Assembly: GCA_002633005.1 (NCBI GenBank)
Contig: NMRA01000070.1
Span: 991,039-1,055,038, forward strand
Source: Phoronis australis
Lineage: Eukaryota > Animalia > Phoronida
Length of the DNA: 64,000 nucleotides
Direction of reading: 5' to 3'
The translations under genes and the position numbers were made by a program. Position 1 is the first letter of the stretch. Each line of letters opens with the position of its first letter. Positions 50,759-62,503 of this stretch are shown in pieces. The notes below the pieces were generated by a model. That model searched no databases and was not told where the DNA came from. It saw only the letters and a program-made list of their open reading frames with translations.

Positions 50759-53700
50759 GAGTATCGAAATTGAAAGAACATTTTATTCATGCTCCTATTT
50801 ACAACTTTATTTCAAAAACCTAGCAAAGTGTTTGAAAATAAGTTTTGTATAGCAAGATCAGTGACGGCATGTAATTTGTGTTCCCAGACCGATGTTTTTT
50901 TTTTACTTCTTAATGCGAAGTGATATCTCTCAAACTGATCTATGTATTTTTGTACGAATGAATCTGAAATGTGAGTCATATATTTTGGGATTCCTATTTC
51001 TAAGTCTTTATGAGCTAGAATGGCTGAATTATGCATGAAAATTAATGTAAAATATGTAGACACATCTGTACTAACGGATATATTTGACAAAAGTGGAAAA
51101 TACTCGAGGAACTGTAAAATATTATATTTCTTTAGCTAAAAACATATTTGTTGTAGATGGGTAAACGCATCCTCCATCCAGAATACATTTCAAAAAAGAT
51201 CAGGTCCATATGAAGCGGGTGGCCGGGGGTGCACAAGCCCCCCCGCCCCCTAAAAATGTGTAGGCGTCACGGTTAAACCGTGGCCACCGACATAGGCGTT
51301 GGGCGGCGGACAGTCGAGAAAAGACTGCGAATACGGATAAGAGAGAAAACTCAAGAGAACATTTCACCACTCTGTATCAATGTATGGTTAGCTCCTGAGG
51401 GCCCTGGCCAGAATATTGTAAGAGTCTCCGTTATTGCAGCATAGGTCGTCTAAACGCACTTGAAAACGTTCACTCAATAATTCATGTATGCATTTCGAAA
51501 AATCGAGAACATTTTAAATTCAATAAGACAATTTGCGAATAAAAAACTTTATTTTTCCAGAGGTTCCTACAGAAAGCGGAGGTAACTGTCACGAAATTGT
51601 ACATATATATCACTTGAGAAAAACTGATGACCAAACAGCTAACATCAATTATTGTGCATTTCCTCTTCTTTGAATGAAAATATTTATCTTTTCATATTCA
51701 GGGGCGCAGCCTTGAAGGGGCCATTGATGACATTCAAGTGGCCACACTGTTTCTGTTTTTCAGACAAATTCTTAAGGGACCGCTCACAGAGGAAGTCCAA
51801 TGTTGTCCAACCTCTATTTTCCTGATATTTGTAAATCGAACGACCGGCTTTCATGTTGAGGAAGGTCTTTTCTTGCAGGGTCACACAACGATGGAATGAA
51901 CTGTAACTCTTTTCCAAGCTTAAAGATGTTTAGCCTTTCATCTAAAAGTGTCCCATTTCAGACGGTACCCTCTCTCGGTAGGGCGGTTCTGGGAAATGTC
52001 CCTTTGTCCCTCTATACATGTAAATGCGAAGTAAGTATTCATTCGTGCACAACACATCAGTATCAAAACATTCGAGTCAAACAACCAAAAATGTGAAAAA
52101 TACAATAGTATTAACCTCCATCGAAAAGGTGGAGTTTTGAAGAACGGGAACACCACTATTTGTGAATTATACAAAATGACTATTTCCGACTGTTATTTAT
52201 AACATAATGTTACTTTTCCGCATAGTACCACAAGAATAGTATTTCTTAACGCCTTCTCATTCGAAATGAGCTTTTTTCAAATAAGTGACCTTCGAAAAAA
52301 GGACTTAAATCGAATACTTATTAAGGAGATACTTTTTAAGTTAAGATCAATACTGTAAATTTAAAACGTCATTTTAAAAATGTTAATTTCACATTATTGT
52401 TTCAATCAAGACTAAGAAATTAGTAGAATTTTTGTATTAGCTTTAAAATACTTTTCACTTCTAAAGTGGAACTTACATTGCATATGCTTGAAATTCAAAG
52501 TGGTGGAGTAAGAACTGACATTTAATGAAAAATCATTGTTAATCATTGCCTCTTGATATTCATGTTCAAGGTTTTCTGTAGGTAAGATTTCTAGTTGTTA
52601 GTTTTCGAGATTCAAGTTTGACGATGCTATCGAAAGGTTCTGTCGTGTTTTCATTAAAACGAATACAGCTTTACCGCAGGCCATAAATCTGAGATCTGGC
52701 TGGTACGCTGTAGTTAGGAGCGAGATTACGAGATTTGCCCTCCTGTGTAACCACAGGCGTACTAACACTAAGTCGATTACGGTGGACATTGAGGTAAATA
52801 TGATACATGTACACGTCGATTATGGGTGTCAGGCCACACACCCAACTACAACTCTCCAGGGAACTTTTCACAGGGAATCTATATACAAACATCCTGATAG
52901 TTTCGCTGGAGCTTTGAGAATTCGGCAGGAATTCTTCACGATATGGTCTCCTGATGTAGCAGCTTTTCCTACGTGGGTTTGATTGTTTACTTAAGACGTA
53001 GACAAACTGCACATGCCATGCTTAAACAGTATCAGCCTGTGTTAACTAGTGATAGACGCCCAGTTGCCAGTGCACCGCCAGCGTTCGCACTCATGAGCGC
53101 ACCGAACGCGATGCCCGACAGACGTCACTGGCTGGGGAGAAACCCAGTGCTGACGATCACCCCGCCAAACCGGCTCAGCTGAATGGCAAACCAATCGAGA
53201 TGAAACGTTTCATCTGACGTATGTATCCTGACTTGGATCTGGCGACCGAAGACGGCCAGGAAGAGACCAATTGTTACTTAATAAAATACATCATGAACAC
53301 GTATTTTCAGCTTTTTCAAAACAATACATGTAGTCACCAGCATGGCTTTTCATCCCGATTTAGGTAGGTTGTGGACATTTATCGTTGCTTCAGTGAGCAC
53401 TGTTAAGGATGACATTGTTAATTTTCATGCAATCAGTCTGCAAAGTTTGTTTCACTAAGCTTAGACAAATATAAAATGTAAAATACTACCATGTTTATTT
53501 CTGTGACAATGTTGACAAGTGGATCATAGTCTGAGTGCAGAAGAGCAGACAGAATCTCTTGAAAATTGACATTTTATTGGGATTGGTGAGATTATTTGGG
53601 ACCAGTAAGGACATGAACTCATGACATGTTTGAGTTATGTTCTGCACATTGACTTCTTCAATAACGAGAGCAACGCGGAGCGTTGAAATGCGCCCACGAA

Positions 53701-53779
53701 TGCATTGCAAATGGTGTGCTTTTAGGGTTTATTTATTTGTATCATAAAAATGGAAACTAGATGGCGCAAAAATATACAA

Positions 53780-54828
53780 TCCATCCAAACACAGGAACAT
53801 GCCATATTTCATAAAAATCTGTCAAGGAACTTCAGAGAAACAAAGGAAAACAGAATAAAATGAAATTGCCATTAGTGGGCACAGTGTCCGTTGGATCCAC
53901 CTGAAAGTCGTCGTCGTCTGTTGTTATCTTCATATAAATACACGTACTAAATTTAGTAAAGATCCTGCAGTGGGTTTAGGAGATACAACTATGGGCGCAA
54001 AACAAAACTACCACCAGGAGGCGCCACAGTAATCAGTCACCATCATCAAATACCTCGAGTCCATCCAAAAACAGGCAGATAGCATCATCACACCAATAGA
54101 TGCAAATATTTAAAATTTTATCTGTTGAGGACCTTTGAAAATACTGAGTTAAACGTAAAACTAAAATTGATACTAGGGGGCACAGCAGTAGTCAGATCTG
54201 TCTGAAAGTCGTCGTCATTCGTAGTCGACATCACATAAATACACTTGCTAAATTAAGTAAAGATCCTGCGAACGGTTTAGGAGATACAGCCATAGGCGCA
54301 ACAAAAACAAAACTGCCACTAGTAGGTCCAACAATAGTCGAAATCGTCGGAAAATCATCGTCAACCGTCCTCTTTATAGTAAGCACATACATGCCAATAT
54401 TTACAATCACCCTTTGAGCGGTTTGGTTGAAAGAGGGGTGGATGCAAAAAACAAACTCGGAAATAGTAAAAATGGCCACTAGGTGGCGCGAATTACGTCG
54501 AATCCATCCGAAAATAGGAGGATAGCGTCATCTCACTAATAGGTACCTACATATTAAATTTCATGAAAATCCAATAAGGACTTTTGAAGATACAAAGGTA
54601 AACGTAAAAAAATAAAATTGCCACTAGGGGGTACACCGGTAGTCGGATCCGTATGAAAGTTCGCTCATGCCGTCCCATTCATGAATGGAACATATGTGCC
54701 AAATTTCATGAACGTATGTCAAATTGTTTTGGGGATAGAGCAGCGGACGCCGGACGGACGCCGCCCGGACGGACGGACGGAGATGACGGCATAATGCGCC
54801 CACATATAAATATGTGGGCGCATAAAAA
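53780..54828 (-). mobile_element. Helentron/DINE-1-like element with tandem subunits (copy 2)
   Basis: Perfect 13-bp hairpin ATGCGCCCACATA-TAAA-TATGTGGGCGCAT (54794-54823), a (GGAC)n tract and repeated CCACTAGGGGG units. Confidence 0.75.
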
Positions 54829-56819
54829 TATTTAGATCAATGGCAGGGTTTTTTTGGTTAGTACATGTACATGTACATTGGCTGGGATCGCAACTCTCCA
54901 GCTTATTCGAAAACATAGCTGCAACTGCGACGATTATGTAGTTGTCGTCGCCACGACTGCTATATTGAACATGTGCATCTGCAGTTATTTGTGAATATTT
55001 TGAAAGTGGTATGTCAATGTCGCTTGGCCAACATGTTCTTTGACGGCTAATAAATCAAAACACAAGGAATCGACACATTCCCATTTTCCACTAAAATAGG
55101 AAAAGGACGCATCGTCAGGTATTCAATTCACTTACGGCTCTAATTTTGGCTGAACACAATAGTTCTTTTGTGAGTTAATAACGATAACGCGAGATTATGT
55201 GAGACTTAACTGTGACGTCAGCGGAAGTAGGGTCAAAGCTTGTCGTTTGGCCATTTGACCCATACGGAAGGTGAGTGTTTTCTGTTCAGTTTACTTCGAG
55301 TTTTTGATCTATTAGTGTGAGAAATGCCAAACATGCATTGATGTTATGGCAAATTTAATTCAGATTCGCACTACAATACGTTCCACCGCGTTCTGCTCTA
55401 ATTTCGTCCCTTGTCTTTTAAACGGGCGGTAGGCGAAATCCGCTCACTGATTAGGTTTTGATCTTGTCAAAAATACATTCTACACTTAAAACAATCAATT
55501 AAACAGGCGCTTACTTTCTTCAGTGATCCTTTCTGCTTCAGTCAGGTGAGTATAAGACAAAGGCTAGCGCGAGACTGAGCGAAGCGCGTGACCTGGCGGG
55601 TGACACTTGCAAAATAGCATGGGAAGGTATGAAGTGAAATTTGTAAGATTTCTGTCCCTTGGACTTTTTGTTTCGTCAACACGAGTGATTTCACCATTGA
55701 TTATAGACAGATTCGCAACTCCGACATTTTCTTCCGTTCTATCCAAGAGGAGGCGCCACTCTCCTAATTTATCTGGTGCCGTTTCCGGTTAGTGCATTTT
55801 GACGGGAAATTCTCAGATCTATTTTAATGTCCAGTACAAGGAAAAAAATAAATTCAGCATTGAAAAGCTGTTAAAAGTCTTTCAACAGTAGAACTGTTGG
55901 TAGCGTAAGTACGTTTGGCAATGCTACTGGTAATTAATTACAAAATTCAAACATCGGTGCCGACTGATTATGTCGTCTGGTTGCACAATCAATACTAGCA
56001 TAGTTATCTGACAGTTTGTGATTCGTGATTCACGTACTGGGAAAACTACGGAAGCATATTTGTGCACAAATTCTAAGGAGTACATGTGAATGCAAAAGAT
56101 ACTTATATAACGTTTTTGTTTTAGAATTTTTTTTTTTTTCAGATTAAAAATGCGTCTCTGCAACGATTTCACTGATTTAACCTTTGTATGTTAATAATTC
56201 AACATTCCCAAGTTAGCAGTTCTTCTGGAAAGTGTTAAGTGGCCCTTAAAAGGGCCTTTGGTTGTACTGACTGAGCATGAGCCTTGGGTATAGCGTGAAA
56301 TGTTTCTTAAAAGAACCGTTGAATAATTCAACATAGATCACACAGTTTACCGTGCTCACTCAAGTGCTGAAGGTCCTCTTCATTTAAGTTTTCATCAGGG
56401 AAGGTTGGATGAAAACAGAGAAGATGACAATATCAATGACAGTTGTAACACCATAGCCTTAAATAGATGTTACCGTTCACCAACGTTATGACGAACCGTG
56501 CCTCGTCCAGTTCTTGTTCCAGGATCCACAAGTAATTCTGAACCGTAGGGAAAAATGACGTACATGTAGGCCTACAACAAAACGAATCAAATGTCTAAAA
56601 TCATCGCCTTCGTACGATTCCGTGTTGCTGTCGCCAGGCTGATATTCTTCCCAAACATCCATGTCGAAAATCGACGTTGCAAGTGTTGGAAAATTGTGTC
56701 CTTTGTTTCTAAATTTTAACCCATTTTTTGAGAAAGGGGTGTACTGATTTTGTCTAATATTAATAGAGCATAACTTTTGGTTTTTACAATGCATTAATCG
56801 TATTGAATGCATATATATT

Positions 56820-59800
56820 TTTCGTCAAAAAGTTTTATTGTTATCGTAATGCAAATACAATAAAGCCAAACAGTATAAACATTCGCGCGCGCAGTCACGC
56901 TCACATTCATACACAGGGGGGCCATTGGTTGTATGTAGTATAAATTAGAATAAAGGTGCTAGAGGGGCCCATCGTTCCTCGAAGTCGAGATACCTGCACT
57001 GGTTATAGTACATAAACTTTTCTACTTTGTAGTGATCAAAAACAAAATGTTTAAAAAGTGCAAAACATGGTTCTACATTCTGAAGTCTTTGTATTGTGTA
57101 TGTGGTACTTGCCTAAACATAAAAGTAGATTTATAGATTTATGATTTCTGGTCCATTAAAGGAGCCAAAAATTACGTCAAAATGATCAAGTTTCATATCA
57201 ATTCCGCAGAGGTTTTTTTATCCAGTTTTCAACAGTTTTCCAAAAACTTTGGACACGTAAACAAGACCAATACAAATGAAAAAAGTCTTCTGAATGAGAA
57301 TTACAAAAAGTACAACTATCTGAATTTCTAACACCAATCTTACTCAAAAACTTATTGGTTCCGAGTAGTCTGTGAGTTAAACGTATTTGAAACCATTTAA
57401 GCTGGACATCACAAGAAAAGTTAATAGAATAAGAATAAGCTTTTCTCCACCACTCACGGGGAATTACGGTATTCAATTGTTTTTCCCAATTTTCCTCAAA
57501 TTTGGGTTTTTTATATAGTTTTTGTATTAAGTGGGTATAAATTTGTTTATTGACTCTTTGTCTCGATATAAGAATGGAATTAAATGTTGTGCAAAAAGGC
57601 AAGGTTATCTCGATTTCACTACATGGCCTAATTTGAGAATGACGAATAGTTTGACGAATTGCACTTCGAATACCCCAAAAAGATGTAAATGATGGAGAAA
57701 ACCTGTATCTTTCACAAAAACACTGGTAAGACATAAAATAACAATTATGGTTCAACAAATCGTGGATAAAAATTATCCCTCTTTTATACCAGTCATTATA
57801 GAAAACAGACTTTTTATCAATCAAAATATGTTCATTATACCAGAGTGGTTCGTAATAAAATTCCTCTTTAATGTGATAGTCTGAGATACTAGAGAGTTAT
57901 TCCCCAACAACTAAAAATACTTCTTTCCAGAAGACATTCTTAAAAATTCCCGGGCATTGACTATAAAATTTGGCCCCAACATGAAGAAGGTTTTTTCCAG
58001 CTAAAAAGCTGTTTTTTCATAACAATCAATTTCCAGGAAGATTGATTGGCCATCACAAGGCTCACGAACCATGTAAATTTTAACGACTTAATATAACTTT
58101 TTAAATGGACCATTTTACAGCCTCCGTTGGAAAAATCTTGGATCATAATATTTCTAGCTATCCTGTCATTTTTGTTTTGCCAAATAAATTTTAAAAAATG
58201 TTTTTCTAAAGAGTCAACAACTTTGTCTGATGGAGAAGGTAATGACAACAGGAGGTGCGTTAATTTAGGCAAAACAAACGATTTAACTACGGTTATTTTT
58301 CCTAGCGTAGTGAGCGATCTCCTGGACCAACACGTCAAATCTCTGTAAATCTCTTGTATTTTGACATTGTAATTTAAGTCTGGAATTTCTGATAAATTTG
58401 TGCTAAATGTGACTCCCAGAATTGAGAATTTTTGTTTTTGCCAAGATAAATTTAATTCTGGACACAAGCGCAATTCACTTCCCCTCATCCGACCTATCCA
58501 AATACAATGAGTTTTTTCTACATTTGGTCTCAGACCAGAGAATTTGTGAAATTGGTCCAGGAGATCAAGCGAGTATTTTAAGGATTCTGTTGTACCATCT
58601 AAAAACAAAACCGTGTCATCTGCATATTGCAGAAGCTTAAGGTCGTTGACATCTGGGATGCCAATACCTTTTATATTTTTATTTTCACGAAACATAATGG
58701 CCATTATTTCAACACAAATGATAAAAAGATAGGGGGACACAGGATCACCTTGTTTACATCCGCGACCAATTTTGAAGTATTCTGAAGTTATGCCGTGCTG
58801 GATCACACAAAGTGTAGCGTTTGAATTTAGTAAGCGCACCCAATCAATTAGGTTTTTACCAAAGTTGAAAAAAGATAGGGTTTTGTAGATCATTTTCCAC
58901 GAAATGGAATCGAAGGCTTTCTCAAAGTCAATTTGAACTATCAGACCGGGTATATCATATTCTTCTGAGCAATTTAAAATGTCGTAGATGGTTCTAATAT
59001 TTTCACCAATAAACCTCTCCTTGATAAAGCCTTTCTGATTTTCATGAATGATTTTGGCAATGACGCTTTTAATACGATGTGCAATACAACCCGATAAAAC
59101 TTTATAACTTGCATTTAAGAGAGAAATGGGGCGCCAATTAATCAAGAATTCACGCGGCTTTTTTACCTTTTGGAATAATAGTGATCACGCCCTGAATTTG
59201 ACTTGGGGGCATGGAACCACGAGCAAAACTGTTATTAAATGAATTAACCAAAAATACAGACAAATCATTCCAAAAAAAAAATTAAAGAATTCCACACTAA
59301 AACCATCAGGGCCAGGCGATTTATCGTTTTTCATCACATTGAGTGCTTTGGAATCTGTGATCTCGCCGTCTAAACACTTACTATCGTCATTGGTTAATCG
59401 TGGAACATGTAGTGACGGCGGGAACAGAGTGTTCAAATTAACGTCATCAAGGAGATCATCTTTGCATGCATAGAGAGATTTATAAAAATCGCAAATGTTA
59501 TGTAGAAGTGCACTTTGCTCGGTGATTGTAGTATTGTTCTAAGTGTCTATAACTAATTTAGTAATATTTTTATTAACGTAATTTCTTTTTTCCAAATTGG
59601 CAAAATATTTTGAAGGTTTTTCGCCATTTTCAACCCACCTTGCGCGCACTCTGATCTGATGTCCTCTCATAATGTAATCTCTATAGTCTTCCAAATCCCT
59701 CATTTTTTGTTCTAAAATAGTATCGAATAAGCCAGATGTAGATTCGTCTGCTAATTTTACAAGATAAGATATTTGATTTTCAAGAAACTTTACTTTTTTC

Positions 59801-60048
59801 CGTGTTTCAGATTGTTTCTTTTTAGAATATAATATAGTTTCGGATCTGATCCTCAATGGCAACATGTCGAAGAATATACATGTAGAATCATCAATGGTTA
59901 GACACAGATCAGCCTTGGGAATATGTAGAACATTTTGCCTGTCATAGGGTAGAGCGGCATATTCCACAATACACTCGTCTATAACTTGTTTAACACGATT
60001 AACAAAGTCAGAGTCTTTTAATAAAGAATTGTTAATACGCCATAGACC
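56820..60048 (-). mobile_element. 5'-truncated L1/Tx1-clade LINE with a 16-bp TSD
   Basis: TGAATGCATATATATT at 56804-19 and 60049-64. AATAAA plus a short A tail at the 3' end. ORF2 pieces GLWRINNSLL, RARWVENGEKPSKYF, KSPGPDG, WRPISLLN, DFEKAFD, GCKQGDP, QYADD and CTFC..E...HLYWSC. Confidence 0.95.
57198..60048 (-). pseudogene. Frameshifted LINE ORF2 (end of endonuclease, RT, zf-RVT)
   Basis: Four consecutive minus-strand ORFs (172, 83, 394 and 208 aa) carry the RT and C-terminal Cys motifs. Confidence 0.92.
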
Positions 60049-61004
60049 TGAATGCATATATATTAAGTGGCCACAATGAGTTGAACAGAAAATAATTTAA
60101 ATGCAACACAATAAAATTTTGAAAATAAACACAGCAGTAACAGGGCTCCCTAGGAATCAAGCTTGTTTTCGAAAACTTTGCGCCATTGGTGATCTGATTG
60201 GTTCATGCACTTAGGCAGGAAAATGATAGACCAAGTATTGCGCACATGTGCACTGTAGCAACACTTTTTATCTTATTCTTATTGGACCAATCTGTTGATA
60301 CAGCAAATTTCCTTAGTTATACCCATCCTGGTTTGACCGCAACTTGAGCTTGTTGGGTTCTAGCATATTGGGGTTGGTATAGGGACCCACATGGTGCTTC
60401 CTCGAATGGGTTGCATTTTACCGGCTGTTTCAAATTGTGTAGGTGAAGTAAATATCATCACCGGAATTTCATCATTAGTATCTTTTGCCAGGTACTCAAA
60501 TTTTCAGAGACTAGGGATTGTCAAGGTAGAAGTGTTTCGTTGGACTGCCAGGTCTGTAGCGTTATTTATACCGGACAATACTTAAAAAACGAGGCCCTTG
60601 ATTAAATCAGGAGCTGCATAAAAATAATTGCAGGCGGTCTGATACACGTTGTACCAGACGTGCACAAGCAGTGCATTTGGGGCCAATTGCACCTATCACT
60701 TGGAACCATTTTTATGCTTTATTAGTATATAGTTAAAACCGAGCTGAGGAGCTTGTAACCTGACTCACGCATGCTCGCACCCGGCCTGAAATATAGAGGG
60801 GACGGGGGGAATCGAATTTTTGAGGGTGTGGACCTTTTACTGAAAAACAAAATCGGGGATTAAAAAAACGGGTACTACAAAATAAGAAATGGGTATTACG
60901 TTCAGAGCCATGAATTGTGTCAAACTCTTGCCGTTTTAGTGGACTTTTGTCTCATTTTCTCGGACTTTTTTTTCTCTGAGGAGGACATTTTTGTCCACTT
61001 TGTC

Positions 61005-61078
61005 AAATGGGATTTGAACCCACGACCTCGAGTAAAGAAAGCAGGCATCTATCACACTAGGCCACACCGCCTCCACCA
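61005..61078 (-). repeat. tRNA-derived SINE head fragment
   Basis: The minus strand reads GGAGGCGGTGTGGCCTAGTG...GAGGTCGTGGGTTCAAATCCC, with A and B boxes. Confidence 0.6.
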
Positions 61079-61388
61079 GGAGCTGCATAGGCTATAGCGT
61101 GTAAGTTGTGTAGACGTTTCTCTGCGATGCGAGTTTTTTAAAACTGGGTCATTCTGTAGCCAACTATGGTAAATTCATAAAAAATTGCGTGCAGTGCAAC
61201 TGAAGTTCATAAAAAAGTAAAACTGGACTTCCAAACCGCTTGATCTGATTTGACATTTCACATAATATTTCATGACAATTCTTAGTATCCCTTACGCACA
61301 GGACCATTTTGTTACATTAGGAGTAGGATTGGTTCATTATGTGCCCTAGAGGTGGCATAGGACTTTACAAAACGGTTGAAGAATTTTG

Positions 61389-62043
61389 TTTTTGTCATAA
61401 ATGTTTGTTTGAAAGGCTGAAGTTTGGAAAGGTGAGAACTTAAGGTGTAATTAAAAAATCATTTGTCCTCTTACAAAAATTTAACATTGAAGAATAAAAA
61501 CAACCTTCACACCTCTCTGCTGTTCCTGTTCCATGCTTGCAAAGAATTTGAAACTCAGGTTATTTGGTTGTATTTTCATAGACTAAAGTGTACTTGCTAA
61601 GATGGTCTAGAGAGTTTGTGGGGTATACATTTGACATGAAATGATTGTGTAACCTGCTGTTGAATTGCGAGATAGATTTTGAGAAGGCCATTAATTTCTG
61701 GAGTATTAATGTGATNTTTTTGTCATAAATGTTTGTTTGAAAGGCTGAAGTTTGGAAAGGTAAGAACTTAAGGTGGAATTAAAAAATCATTTGTCCTCTT
61801 ACAAAAATTTAACATTGAAGAATAAAAACAACCTTCACACCTCTCTGCTGTTCCTGTTCCATGTTTGCAAAGAATTTGAAACTCAGGTTATTTGGTTGTA
61901 TTTTCATAGACTAAAGTGTACTTGCTAAGATGGTCTAGAGAGTTTGTGGGGTATACATTTGACATGAAATGATTGTGTAACCTGCTGTTGAATTGCGAGA
62001 TAGATTTTGAGAAGGCCATTAATTTCTGGAGTATTAATGTGAT
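61389..62043. other. ~328-bp tandem duplication split by a single N; probable assembly artefact
   Basis: Two near-identical units are joined at the N at 61716. The homologous region of copy A is single. Confidence 0.7.
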
Positions 62044-62369
62044 ATTTATTCATGTCAACGGTTTTACCAGCATTCAATTTATTTGTACACGGATTTATAA
62101 ATTGACTAAATCGGTGATCCAAATCCCGGCGAAATGTGCGCATTCTGCTAAGATAGTAACCGCCCGATTATTGCTAGCGAAGATGACTAATTTGGTTAAT
62201 TCGCACACTAGACTATGGCTGAAGTTCCTGGTAAGGACAGGAGTTCGTGAATCACTATCTTTTGAAAGAATTTAGCGGGCAATTATCGTCAAAAAATTAC
62301 CAGGTAATGTTCATCAAAAAGGAGAAAAGAACAACGGATATGTGAGTTGTCAGTAGTGGTAGTAAATAA

Positions 62370-62503
62370 CATCCATCAACGTTTATACAAGACATAAGGT
62401 TTTTCTCCCACAGCCGATTATGGGGTCTGCGTAAGCCACTGAAACTAACGCCTTTGCATTTCGCCTGTGTGGCCGAACACCCGACCAAACAGCAAGCGAC
62501 CAT
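62370..62503 (-). pseudogene. THAP domain remnant (copy B)
   Basis: MVACCLVGCSATQAKCKGVSF..LRRPHNRLW, homologous to 12874-13068 and truncated before the C-x2-H motif. Confidence 0.85.

Noticed and set aside
52600-53220. Possible second Penelope/GIY-YIG tail and GAAACG hammerhead-like string
   Set aside because: No GIY/YIG motif was recovered and the ribozyme stems do not form.
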